From IMG/VR virus record IMGVR_UViG_3300030419_004471, positions 124,001-188,000 of that record: 64,000 bases of DNA. One strand, 5' to 3'. Of the stretch, positions 8,921-18,555 are shown piece after piece. A program made the position numbers and the translations under genes. Under the pieces are notes generated by a model, which saw only the letters and a list, made by a program, of their open reading frames with translations, did no database searches and had not been told where the DNA came from. Position 1 is the stretch's first letter. Each line of letters begins with the position of its first letter.

Positions 8921-9583
8921 CTATATTTTGTTTTCTATATCACTTTTTATGTATTGAAATAACTTTTTACCTATCTTTTCTCCAAAATCCTTATCAGAGG
9001 AATAATGTGCTCTAGCTATAAGTCTACTTTTTGATATATCCTTACCTGCGTTGATAAATTCATTTCGTAATCTACCTTTATCGTATTTTTCTGCTAAATA
9101 TAATCCTATTAATGTACCCTGAACTGCATGTCCTGAGGGATACGATGGTGTTTTCATAGAGGAAAGTATTACCTCTGCTAACTTCATATTATATTCTTGT
9201 GCTAATTTGCCTGGTCTTGGTCTATTAAAGTGATATTTTAGGTCTAAAATAATACCAGCTGAATCATCCATTAACTTTTCCACCATTTCTTTTGGAAACT
9301 CAACTCCATTTTTTTTACAAACTTTTTCAAAAACATCATCAATTTCATCATTTTCTACAACAAAGTTTTTATCTTCAGGTAATTTTTGTAAGGTTTTTAA
9401 TTCATTATATGTTTGTAGTGATTCATTTTTTGGTGGATGAGCATCTTTAAATTCTGAATAATCTAAATCACTAAATAGTCCATTTTTAACCTTATCTATC
9501 TTTTTTTGATGTTTAGGCTTGATGGAATCTGAATGCTTTAGATTCTTAATTGATACTATGTTTTCAAATGTATATACAAACAT
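8921..9583 (-). CDS. PAP2/haloperoxidase-fold acid phosphatase
   Basis: K..FNRPRP, PSYPSGH, SR...AHY.SD motifs. Confidence 0.85.
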   Translation of the reverse strand: MFVYTFENIVSIKNLKHSDSIKPKHQKKIDKVKNGLFSDLDYSEFKDAHPPKNESLQTYNELKTLQKLPEDKNFVVENDEIDDVFEKVCKKNGVEFPKEMVEKLMDDSAGIILDLKYHFNRPRPGKLAQEYNMKLAEVILSSMKTPSYPSGHAVQGTLIGLYLAEKYDKGRLRNEFINAGKDISKSRLIARAHYSSDKDFGEKIGKKLFQYIKSDIENKI

Positions 9584-9586
9584 ACC

Positions 9587-9594
9587 TATAAATA
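9587..9594 (-). promoter_or_regulatory. putative late promoter TATTTATA
   Basis: Motif 3 nt upstream of ATG at 9583. Confidence 0.6.
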
Positions 9595-9780
9595 TTACTT
9601 TTTAAAGTAATTCCAAATATCTATAGCTTTTGAAGTGATTTTTTCTGTTGCGTTACCAACTTTTTTTGAGATTTGTTTTGCGATTGGAGTAGGTAATACC
9701 TTTTCTAATTTCTTTTTGGCTTTACCCTTTGCGATTAAACCTGCACCTTTTTCGATTATTTTTTCTTTTAGCTTTCCCAC
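9595..9780 (-). CDS. small basic hypothetical protein
   Basis: GTG start with late motif 3 nt upstream (9784-9791). Confidence 0.55.
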   Translation of the reverse strand: MGKLKEKIIEKGAGLIAKGKAKKKLEKVLPTPIAKQISKKVGNATEKITSKAIDIWNYFKK

Positions 9781-9802
9781 AAATATAAATATACTCAGTA
9801 TA

Positions 9803-10690
9803 TTATTTCCATAATCCCATTTCGGAATTACATCCTGCTTCTGCTATTTTTTTAAATTCTTCTCTTCTATCTATGCCAGGTACAAAATCTGTAAGATGTT
9901 TGTTATTTCTGTATTTATAGTTTTCACAAACTACTAAATTTTTTATTTTGAATTGAATTCCTTCTTTGTGATGTTCACACCACCACATTATATATGTATC
10001 TTCTAAACCATAGTGTCCAAATGATTCAGGAACAGTCACCTTATCTAATAGTTCTTTAGATAAACAAGTAAACCAACCACCAGCAAATTTCATTCTTGGT
10101 TGTCCTATCACATTATTATTTACTGTTTCTATTCCAATGTTTCCATTCTTAATCCCACAATCTACAAATGGGTCATTTGTTTTTTGATAACCTAATGGTT
10201 CATTTAGGTATTGTTCATTTACTAAACAATCCCAAGTTGAATCCCATATACGAACTATTTCAGGAGTAACCACCGATAGTGGATACTTATCTTTTATAGA
10301 TTTAATAGAACTATCAATATAAGCAAGAGTTCTTTCATCGAATATGATATCTGTATCTAACCAAATATGATAATCTACATCTTTGTGAGTTTTCCAAGTT
10401 TTTCTTCTTTTCGATACACAACCCAAAACTTCTGATTTATCTTCAACTCTAAAGTATTTGTTAGTAATCCAATCTGATTGTTTTCTAAGTTTATCAAACT
10501 TACCAAAAAAGTACTCCATAGGAATTTTACTATTTTCCCATAACGTTAATTCACCAGTTAATGCTAATGTTATATCTAAAATAAAATCTTTTTCATCGAT
10601 ATAACGAAATGCTTTTTGTAGTTGAATTAATGTTAATTCTAAATCATCTATCTCGTGTGGTAAACAAAATATGGAAATACAATACTTCAT
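9803..10690 (-). CDS. GT-A fold glycosyltransferase
   Basis: WLDTD DxD motif, GGWF, YGLED. Confidence 0.7.
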   Translation of the reverse strand: MKYCISIFCLPHEIDDLELTLIQLQKAFRYIDEKDFILDITLALTGELTLWENSKIPMEYFFGKFDKLRKQSDWITNKYFRVEDKSEVLGCVSKRRKTWKTHKDVDYHIWLDTDIIFDERTLAYIDSSIKSIKDKYPLSVVTPEIVRIWDSTWDCLVNEQYLNEPLGYQKTNDPFVDCGIKNGNIGIETVNNNVIGQPRMKFAGGWFTCLSKELLDKVTVPESFGHYGLEDTYIMWWCEHHKEGIQFKIKNLVVCENYKYRNNKHLTDFVPGIDRREEFKKIAEAGCNSEMGLWK

Positions 10691-11085
10691 TATGCGTTAT
10701 AATCTACTTTAGTCCATTTATCATCTGAATCCATTCTGAAAGAACCTACATAAACTTGATTCCATTCATCAGGTGCTATTAGAGATAAGAATAGAGTTTC
10801 ATCTTTTTGTTGGTATAAATGATAAGTATGTCCTTTAATTGGTTCAAATCTAAACTCACTATTATATACTAACTTGTTCCACTCATATGCTTCTAATAAC
10901 TTTCTATACTCTTCTTTTATCTCTTCATAACGTGCTTCGAAGTAATGATTTGTCTTAATTAAGTTCTTTTGTTTGTATGAAGATATATCTGTTGTTCTAA
11001 TAGCTGGTGCTCCGACGTGGTCTCCATAAGGCATTATCGCCTTATTCTCTGCAAACATATCTGGTTTCTTTTTCTTTTTAGCCAT
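10690..11085 (-). CDS. DUF2452 family protein
   Basis: PYG..VGAPAI, FEPIKGHTYHLY, LSLIAPDEW. Confidence 0.75.
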   Translation of the reverse strand: MAKKKKKPDMFAENKAIMPYGDHVGAPAIRTTDISSYKQKNLIKTNHYFEARYEEIKEEYRKLLEAYEWNKLVYNSEFRFEPIKGHTYHLYQQKDETLFLSLIAPDEWNQVYVGSFRMDSDDKWTKVDYNA

Positions 11086-11311
11086 TACATTCACCATTAA
11101 CTATACAAGAATTATCCCAACCATCCTTCTGTGCATAACAAGAGTTCATATAAGTTGTTCCATCTGGTGCACATACTGGTTCATATATCTCTATACATAC
11201 AGCTCCTTTTGTATATTCTCCCTTAACACAAGTATCATCCTCTTCTTGACAAGATGTTAATAAAAACATTAGAAGCATAGAAGTCCAAAATGTTATTAAT
11301 ATATTTCTCAT
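11078..11311 (-). CDS. Kazal-type protease-inhibitor lipoprotein
   Basis: LTSC lipobox; CIEIYEPVCAPDGTTYMNSC Kazal signature; terminal GEC. Confidence 0.8.
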   Translation of the reverse strand: MRNILITFWTSMLLMFLLTSCQEEDDTCVKGEYTKGAVCIEIYEPVCAPDGTTYMNSCYAQKDGWDNSCIVNGECNG

Positions 11312-11787
11312 ACAACTACAACTAATTTTTTAGCTCCTTCAAATCCATACTTTAAACTATAAGTAAAAAGAAAATCACCAATTATTGTATTAACAAAAAA
11401 TGGTAATGCTAATACATAGCAACTTATTAATCCTTCTACTGTATGTGGGTATCCTAATAAGAAAACTCCAAAATTTGTAATTAAAAAGAACAATAATGAA
11501 CTACTAAATATTACTTTATTTGAAATTCTTTTAGAATTCATACCAATTAAAGATATTAACATAAATGATAAATAAACAAATATCGATATACTACTAAATC
11601 CTAAAAATAAATCAGATAGCCCCATACATAATAAAGGTAGTCCAAATGCTAACCATTTATTATCAAATCGGTTTCCACCAAATAAAGCTATTGCTGTTAT
11701 TGGAGCAACGTTAGGTGGGTGTGGTAATAATCTTGCTAATAATGCCAATACTATTAATAATAATACAACTTTATTTTTACTTATCAT
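11308..11787 (-). CDS. DUF6580-like membrane protein (ECF S-component-like)
   Basis: RLLPHPPNVAPITAIALF; FFLITNFG; multiple TM helices. Confidence 0.7.
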   Translation of the reverse strand: MISKNKVVLLLIVLALLARLLPHPPNVAPITAIALFGGNRFDNKWLAFGLPLLCMGLSDLFLGFSSISIFVYLSFMLISLIGMNSKRISNKVIFSSSLLFFLITNFGVFLLGYPHTVEGLISCYVLALPFFVNTIIGDFLFTYSLKYGFEGAKKLVVVV

Positions 11788-11983
11788 TGTTTTTCTTTTC
11801 TAATTTTATCCAAAATCTTTCAAATCCAAAATAACTTAATGTTTTAATTAGAGTATCTATTCCACCAATAGCTAAACCAAATTTCCAATTACCACTAACA
11901 AACCAACCTGATAATATAGTGATTGAGGTTGCTATACATCTCCAAATAATTGTTTTCGCTATTGTACTCCTATAACTTGTCAA
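11777..11983 (-). CDS. DUF2061 membrane protein
   Basis: STIAKTIIWR...K...YF.FERFW. Confidence 0.75.
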   Translation of the reverse strand: MTSYRSTIAKTIIWRCIATSITILSGWFVSGNWKFGLAIGGIDTLIKTLSYFGFERFWIKLEKKNNDK

Positions 11984-12777
11984 CTATATTTTTGGTATAT
12001 AAAATCTTTAAATTCTGGTATTCTATCATACTGATGAACTAAACAAAATGGTTCACCTTTTTGATTCTTAACAATATAATTTTCATCTACAATGGGTGTT
12101 GGTTCTAATAGAACATCTTTAAACTCATCTTTCTTTACTAATACAGTTCCCAATTGTGTAACAAATCCTTCTTCTTGATTTACTTTTTGTACATTTTGTA
12201 CGATACCATTTAAGTTAATTAGTACATTGTATGCAGCTTGGTCTGATAATTGGTCTGGATTCGATGTAGTCATACTCCATCTGTAGATGTTAATAAATAA
12301 ATCTCTAAGATATTCTGCTTCTCCAACTATTGTTCCAGCGCAATAAGATACTTTATTTTGTAACCATTCCCATTCCATAGGAAAAGATGTTCCACTATTT
12401 ACACAAGCCCAAGGGTCATCTTTCATAGTTATTGATTCTGAAAAAGCCATTATCTCATCATCCATATTATAATCAATCCATTCAGTAGGGTCTTTTTGAA
12501 ATATCACATCTTTTACATCTGTCCAAATAATCGTTTCATCTTTTGGAAACTGCTCTAACAATTTGTAGATATCTCTGAATCTTTGTAAGATGATATGTTG
12601 TTGTAATTCGTTCTGATACAACTCCCATCCTTTTGATTTAAGGTAATCAATAGTTTCTTGGGGTATATCATATACCATCATTACTTTTCTTCCCTTAAAA
12701 CCACTCTGATGGATTGATTCAACATAAGGTCTTATATCTTCTGGTCTATATTTTGTTATGCATCCTAATATTGTCAT
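11980..12777 (-). CDS. GT-A fold glycosyltransferase
   Basis: TDVKDVIFQ, CAGTIVG, DQAAYN, VHQYDR. Confidence 0.7.
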   Translation of the reverse strand: MTILGCITKYRPEDIRPYVESIHQSGFKGRKVMMVYDIPQETIDYLKSKGWELYQNELQQHIILQRFRDIYKLLEQFPKDETIIWTDVKDVIFQKDPTEWIDYNMDDEIMAFSESITMKDDPWACVNSGTSFPMEWEWLQNKVSYCAGTIVGEAEYLRDLFINIYRWSMTTSNPDQLSDQAAYNVLINLNGIVQNVQKVNQEEGFVTQLGTVLVKKDEFKDVLLEPTPIVDENYIVKNQKGEPFCLVHQYDRIPEFKDFIYQKYS

Positions 12778-13541
12778 AATTTAATTAAGTTATGGTCTTT
12801 ACATGCGGTTAATATTTCTATTCCCAATTCTTCATAATTTGGTACTTCCCAGTGTTCACATAATTTAGTATTCTGAATTATCTCATATCCAGCTAACATC
12901 ATAACATACTGAAATAAGAAATCTTGCCAACCATATATTTTATTTATTTTAGTAAAATCATCAAAAGGTTTTAAATATAAATCTAATGCCCTTTCATATG
13001 AATCCATATATTGAACTCTATTAAAAATAGTTCCTCCTCCACTAGCATAACCTGGACAATTATCCACTCCACCTACATGCCTTGAATAATCAAAATATTG
13101 ACCTGGAATATAATTTGCTCTCATTCTTCCTGTAGGTGATGGTGTTGTTGGGTGTATTGCCATAGAAAACTCTTCACTTAAAATACTGATTGGTTTTAAT
13201 ACAAAGTCATCTTCTTCGAATAACATAATATATTTTGAATCAGTTTTTTTACAAGCATCATAAATTCCTCTTAACCATTCTACTGCTTTTTCTTTTGTCC
13301 AATGTTCGTATCCTATATCCCTATCACCAAAGTTACCAGGATATCCTACTTGAAAATTATTTCTTGTAACAGTTGCTCCTATCTCCTTACCAACTTTAGT
13401 ATAATTTTCAATATCTCCATCGTAATCTACATTTATAAAAAGGTCTGCATCAGGATAAAACTTTTTTAAAGTTTGCATAGATTTCTTTCCTGCTTCCCAT
13501 TCAGTCCATGCCCACAAATATCCACTTATTAATTTACTCAT
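12774..13541 (-). CDS. putative glycosyltransferase (GT-A)
   Basis: MLFEEDD motif, GGGTIF, WQD; cluster context. Confidence 0.55.
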   Translation of the reverse strand: MSKLISGYLWAWTEWEAGKKSMQTLKKFYPDADLFINVDYDGDIENYTKVGKEIGATVTRNNFQVGYPGNFGDRDIGYEHWTKEKAVEWLRGIYDACKKTDSKYIMLFEEDDFVLKPISILSEEFSMAIHPTTPSPTGRMRANYIPGQYFDYSRHVGGVDNCPGYASGGGTIFNRVQYMDSYERALDLYLKPFDDFTKINKIYGWQDFLFQYVMMLAGYEIIQNTKLCEHWEVPNYEELGIEILTACKDHNLIKL

Positions 13542-13551
13542 AATTTATTTT

Positions 13552-13860
13552 TTAACATAATTCACATTCAGGCATAAACCAAAAGATTAGTATAATTAAC
13601 AGAATTGCTATTATTGTTACCAATATTCTAATTGGTCTTGATTGTTGTTCTTTCCATGCCCTAATTTTTAATCCCCACTTTGTACCTACTCTAGCAGCCC
13701 AATCAAATCCTCTACCTACCCAATCAAATGGTGGTACTTTTAAAAGTGTTACTAATCCTATAAGGAAACCTGTAAATCCTTCTCCTCCTACAATTAGTAA
13801 GATTGATGCTCCTAAGAAGTACCAACCTATGTATCTCTGTAAGTGTTGTTTCATATTCAT
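13552..13860 (-). CDS. small membrane protein
   Basis: Two to three hydrophobic segments; C-terminal CELC. Confidence 0.6.
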   Translation of the reverse strand: MNMKQHLQRYIGWYFLGASILLIVGGEGFTGFLIGLVTLLKVPPFDWVGRGFDWAARVGTKWGLKIRAWKEQQSRPIRILVTIIAILLIILIFWFMPECELC

Positions 13861-14528
13861 AATTGTTCGAAGTATCCTCCAATTTTAAATTTAACATCGG
13901 CTGTTACACTTCCTTTATCAGATGTTTTAAAATCATCAGGATGTACTACTCTAAAATCAATAGAACATCTCGTATCTTTTTCTTCGTTTGTTTGATTACC
14001 GTGCAAAAGATTTGGTCCACTAAATACTAAAATTTCACCATAAGATACATCGTAACCTTTGAAATCTTCTTTTCCTTCTTCTGATTCCATCCATATGGTG
14101 TTCGTTCCATATGCATCAGTAAATGGTAACCATAAGTTAATCTCATCTACTCCGTGATTGTAATCTCTATCTCTATGCCATTCACCAACCCCCAAGTTAT
14201 CAACTTGATGTACTCTAAATGTAGGAATCTTTTGATAAATTAAATTATCCCAGTTTCTTGATGTTCCCAAATATACACTATCATTCCAATTAAAATGCTC
14301 TACTACAACATCTCTAACAAATTCCCAATACAATGGATAAAATTCTGATTTGAATTTATCATAATATGTTTTGTGCCACATTGTAGCTTGGTCAGTAGGT
14401 TCAGTATATCTTTCATACTTCTTAACCTCGTGTAAATTTTCTAAACTTTTTTCACCTAAGATATCTTTTATCAAAGGTCTGAATTGATACTTAGATGTAT
14501 CGTATTTAATTTTATGTGTTTTTATCAT
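13857..14528 (-). CDS. 2OG-Fe(II) oxygenase-like protein (StrG-like)
   Basis: WHRD HxD, NLWLPFT, LHGN, TRCSIDFR. Confidence 0.7.
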   Translation of the reverse strand: MIKTHKIKYDTSKYQFRPLIKDILGEKSLENLHEVKKYERYTEPTDQATMWHKTYYDKFKSEFYPLYWEFVRDVVVEHFNWNDSVYLGTSRNWDNLIYQKIPTFRVHQVDNLGVGEWHRDRDYNHGVDEINLWLPFTDAYGTNTIWMESEEGKEDFKGYDVSYGEILVFSGPNLLHGNQTNEEKDTRCSIDFRVVHPDDFKTSDKGSVTADVKFKIGGYFEQL

Positions 14529-15199
14529 TCTGTTCTTTCTAATTTATATAAACTATTATCTACTGCTGATTTAAATTCATCATCCAACCACACAACATTA
14601 TCTTCACCAACTTGATTTACCATCGGTAAGTATAAGTTATGCATCCCAGAGTTAACTCCATGCGGAGGATTAGTTTCCATTTCCAATACTGCATCAAAAA
14701 ATGATTCCAACATTGAATATGGAAAAACTATAAATGTATCGTTTACTATTGGTAAATCCATAAACTCAGGTTCTCTCCAAAGAAAACTACACTTTGTAAA
14801 ATCATAATCATATTCTTCAAATGGATTTCTGAAAAAGTTTATATCATATCTAGTAGATATAACTAAATCTAAATCTTGATTGTAAAGTTGTTGTAAACTA
14901 TTTAGATATGAAACAGTCATTACTTTCATACCATTACCAACTCTATCACCACCACCTAATTTATTTAATTGCTGTTCTATAAATGTGTGTTTTATTGCTG
15001 GTGAATAATCTTCTACTATTTTATCTTGCTTTTCATTTTTATAACTGAAAAGGTAAAACTTTACTTCATGCCCATCTTTTCTCAATGGATTAACTACATT
15101 CTTATAAAAGTTTTGTATAGAGTTTTCATAATCTCTTAATCTACCGCCTTCTATTGCATTATTATAAGAAACTCCAACTAAATTAATTCCTATCTTCAT
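14525..15199 (-). CDS. putative glycosyltransferase-like protein (paralog of 16964-17638)
   Basis: MKIGINLVG; DLVISTRYD; ND.F. Confidence 0.5.
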   Translation of the reverse strand: MKIGINLVGVSYNNAIEGGRLRDYENSIQNFYKNVVNPLRKDGHEVKFYLFSYKNEKQDKIVEDYSPAIKHTFIEQQLNKLGGGDRVGNGMKVMTVSYLNSLQQLYNQDLDLVISTRYDINFFRNPFEEYDYDFTKCSFLWREPEFMDLPIVNDTFIVFPYSMLESFFDAVLEMETNPPHGVNSGMHNLYLPMVNQVGEDNVVWLDDEFKSAVDNSLYKLERTE

Positions 15200-15783
15200 A
15201 TGTTATATACTTTATTAATGGTTGGTATAAATTTTTTGTAAGTATCTAAATCACTATCATCTATATTACCTCTCTTATATATCTTTGGTTCGTGTTCATA
15301 ACAATCATCAACCGAAGGAATAGATTCTAATAATTTTAAAGAACCCAAAACAAACGCTGGAGCTATTTGTATTAATCTTTTATATAACTCCACCATTGTA
15401 TCTCCTTTAAATACAGGATATGTCATTTTACTAATAATCGGTCCTTTATCAAATACTTCTGTCATTTTATGGAAAGTTAAACCTTGTTCTATAGAATCTT
15501 CTTTTAAGGTATGATACAATATATCAGTTCCACCCCACTCAGGTAATAATCCCGTATGAACATTAAATGCGTTTTCCAAATTTAATAATCTTCTATTATA
15601 TTGTAGTGATAATTTTATATCATGCTCAACACTTTCATCAACAACTGGTAAACTCATTTCAGAACCAATAACAGGATTCTGAGAAGGAATATGTCCAACT
15701 AACTCATAATGATTTTGTAACAAATCACAAGTTACTTTTGTTAAGTGCGCAGAACCATAAATTAAAATCTTCTTTATTTCCAT
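15196..15783 (-). CDS. sugar N-formyltransferase
   Basis: NVHTGLLPEWGG; GLTFH; FDKGPII. Confidence 0.8.
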   Translation of the reverse strand: MEIKKILIYGSAHLTKVTCDLLQNHYELVGHIPSQNPVIGSEMSLPVVDESVEHDIKLSLQYNRRLLNLENAFNVHTGLLPEWGGTDILYHTLKEDSIEQGLTFHKMTEVFDKGPIISKMTYPVFKGDTMVELYKRLIQIAPAFVLGSLKLLESIPSVDDCYEHEPKIYKRGNIDDSDLDTYKKFIPTINKVYNI

Positions 15784-16964
15784 TTTTTAATACAATCTAC
15801 AATATATTCTCTTTGTTCTTTAGTTACCCACCAACCAACTGGTATCGAAACTACCTTATCAATTGTTTTTTCCAAATTAGGTAAATCAGTTTTAAACTCT
15901 TCCATACAACTATGTTTATCGTTTCTTTCGTGAACCTGAGATACCATAATGTTACACTCTTTCATATACTCATAGAACGAAGGTCTATCATCAACTAATA
16001 GTGAGTAAATCCAAAATGATGATTCAAATCCTTCTTCTCTTTTCAATAATGTAACTCCTTCTACATTTTGTAATTCAGAATCATAATAAGCTGCGTTATC
16101 TTTATGTTTACTAACAATATCATCTATATGTTTAAAATTCTCCATACCAACAGCTGCACATATATCATTCATATGAAACTTAAATCCCCATTCAGGAATA
16201 TCTGCTTCACATCTAAAATCAGTTCTACCCTTTGGATTTCTATCAATACCATACCATCTAAGTAATTTTGCTCTTTCATATAATTCATCATGCGGACAAA
16301 ATAATAAACCACCATCAACAGAGGTTATATGTTTGATTGCTTGTAATGAGTTCATCACAAAATTATTATGATTTCCTAAATATTTTCCTTTATACTTTGA
16401 ACCAAAAGCATGAGCCGCATCTTCTATCAATGCTGGTGCCCATCCATTCTTGCCTCTGAATTTAGCTCTGATATCTCTAATCTTATCTAAATCCAATGGA
16501 TATCCTCCCCAATGAACTCCCATAATAGCTTTTGTTTTTGGAGTCATCTTCTTTTCCAAATCCTCCAAACACATATTCAAAGTTGTTGGGTCAATATCTA
16601 CCCATTTGATTTTAAGATTGTTTGCTACGATTGGCCAATTAGATGCAGTACAAGTTAATGGTGTTGCTAATACCTCATCACCATCTTCTATACCAGGCCA
16701 ATTATGTTCTACAAAAGCAACTCCAAAAAATTCTTCTCTCCAATGTGGTTTTGGTTTTTTTAATAAATGTAATGCTAAATGTAAAGCTGATGTTCCAGCA
16801 TTTGTAGTTACTACTTTCTCATTACCAAAGTATTCCCCAAGTTGTTTTTCAAACTCATCTACTTTAGTTCCTTGTCCAATGTAACCACTATCTAATACTT
16901 CTCCAACTTTTTCTTTGGCAGTTGGTGCCATAAAAACTTTAAATAAAGGGATTGTTTCTTTCAT
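15774..16964 (-). CDS. DegT/DnrJ/EryC1/StrS PLP sugar aminotransferase
   Basis: GTSALHLA, EDAAHAFG, SLQAIKHITSVDGG. Confidence 0.92.
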   Translation of the reverse strand: MKETIPLFKVFMAPTAKEKVGEVLDSGYIGQGTKVDEFEKQLGEYFGNEKVVTTNAGTSALHLALHLLKKPKPHWREEFFGVAFVEHNWPGIEDGDEVLATPLTCTASNWPIVANNLKIKWVDIDPTTLNMCLEDLEKKMTPKTKAIMGVHWGGYPLDLDKIRDIRAKFRGKNGWAPALIEDAAHAFGSKYKGKYLGNHNNFVMNSLQAIKHITSVDGGLLFCPHDELYERAKLLRWYGIDRNPKGRTDFRCEADIPEWGFKFHMNDICAAVGMENFKHIDDIVSKHKDNAAYYDSELQNVEGVTLLKREEGFESSFWIYSLLVDDRPSFYEYMKECNIMVSQVHERNDKHSCMEEFKTDLPNLEKTIDKVVSIPVGWWVTKEQREYIVDCIKKWK

Positions 16965-17638
16965 TAATACCATAGTTTATTATCTCTTAGTAAATCAAAT
17001 GGTAAATCATTAGATTTATTAACTAAGTGATATAGATTTTTTCTTTTTAATATATTCATAAAATTCTTTTCTGCAAATTCTATATATCCAATTTTTTTGG
17101 AGTGTTTAAGATATTCACTAAAAATATCTGAGAAAAGAATATCTGCGTTATCTTGATTTAAAATACAAAGATTATCATCTGTAATTTCACTACCAGGCCA
17201 ATGTTGATTTGATATGTTTATTTTATCCATATCTAATTTATTTAAATCAATATCAATACTAGCTCCCAAATCATATCTACTTCTAATAACACAATCATAT
17301 TTTTCACCTGATAATTGTATGTGTTTGTAAGTCATTTCCCAACTATAAAACATTGGAAATGTTCTAAAGTTACCCCAAACATCATAATCCTCTAAAGGTC
17401 TACTTCTATCATCGTTTGGAGATTCAATACCTTCTCTATGTTTTGTAAACTTAACTGGTTTTTGTATGAAGAGTATTTTTGGTTTGTTATATATCCTTTT
17501 AACTTCATCGTATTCTTCATCTTTCCAACAATGTAAATACAAATCCACATCGTTATTATCAATAATATGTTTCCAATATTGTTTATATCCTTCTTCAACT
17601 TTTCTGGCTAAACCAGTTAACATTAATGCTACCTTCAT
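16964..17638 (-). CDS. putative glycosyltransferase-like protein
   Basis: MKVALMLTG..R; YLHCW; YDCVIRSRYD. Confidence 0.5.
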   Translation of the reverse strand: MKVALMLTGLARKVEEGYKQYWKHIIDNNDVDLYLHCWKDEEYDEVKRIYNKPKILFIQKPVKFTKHREGIESPNDDRSRPLEDYDVWGNFRTFPMFYSWEMTYKHIQLSGEKYDCVIRSRYDLGASIDIDLNKLDMDKINISNQHWPGSEITDDNLCILNQDNADILFSDIFSEYLKHSKKIGYIEFAEKNFMNILKRKNLYHLVNKSNDLPFDLLRDNKLWY

Positions 17639-18127
17639 CTAAATAATTGTTTGATTTCTTTTTGTAAAGATTTCATCTTTAAAATTTGATATAAAATCTG
17701 AACATACTCCATAACATTTACTAACATCATCATTGTATCTTTCAGGTTGAACTGCTATACTATACTTTAATGGTTGTTTACCTGGAAAAGCCCAAATATA
17801 ACCTTTAGAAGTGATAGTTACATCATCAGTTTGATGATAAAAATAATTTAATTCTTTATATCCAAGAGTTTCTTCTAAATTTTTGAGTTCTTCTATTGTT
17901 TTTATATCTTTACAATGAACCCATAATTGATTACTTCTTCTTGTTAACCATTTAAAAGCTACTTCATATTGAGGTTCATCGTGTCCCAACCAAAAAAATC
18001 CATCTACAAACCATAAATCTATCTCAACATCATAACCTTGTTTTAAAGCATCATTAATATATTTAGGTTCATTTTCTAAATCTGGTTGCTTACCATTAAT
18101 ATTTCCTCTATGCGATATTAATCTCAT
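17639..18127 (-). CDS. GDPD/PLC-like phosphodiesterase
   Basis: ISHRGN, EN, VEID, LGHD, HCK, CSD. Confidence 0.75.
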   Translation of the reverse strand: MRLISHRGNINGKQPDLENEPKYINDALKQGYDVEIDLWFVDGFFWLGHDEPQYEVAFKWLTRRSNQLWVHCKDIKTIEELKNLEETLGYKELNYFYHQTDDVTITSKGYIWAFPGKQPLKYSIAVQPERYNDDVSKCYGVCSDFISNFKDEIFTKRNQTII

Positions 18128-18555
18128 TAATTAAAATAAATTTCTGAAGCATCATCTTCTATCTCTTCTATCCGTTTTGCTTTATCATCAATCACTAAAT
18201 CAAAGTGTGGTTTTGTTGGTTGAAAGGGTTTATCCTCTCTATAACCTACAATCAAATCATCAAATTTACATCCCCAACTTTCTAATTGTTTTGTTGTAAA
18301 ATCATATAAATCTCTCTGAGAAGTTCCTCCTCTACCAGTCCAATATGTTACATGCCAACCATCATCTTTAAATTTATTTATTTTATCAATATTTTTTTGA
18401 TTAGGTATAGCTGCTTCATAAACTCTCTTTCCTTCATAAAAACAAATTGTTTCATCTATATCTACAAATACTCTCTTTTGTCCTGTTGAGAATCTATTAG
18501 ATTCTATTGGTTGTTTATTTTTTGGTGTTTGGTTTTGTGGTACAAATAACTTCAT
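18127..18555 (-). CDS. HAD phosphatase (capsule-biosynthesis type)
   Basis: VDIDETI, WTGRG, KP, IDDKA. Confidence 0.75.
   Translation of the reverse strand: MKLFVPQNQTPKNKQPIESNRFSTGQKRVFVDIDETICFYEGKRVYEAAIPNQKNIDKINKFKDDGWHVTYWTGRGGTSQRDLYDFTTKQLESWGCKFDDLIVGYREDKPFQPTKPHFDLVIDDKAKRIEEIEDDASEIYFN

Noticed and set aside
17392-17598. Alternative-frame 68-aa ORF
   Set aside because: Short, and host-gene codon usage is normal, unlike the polB case
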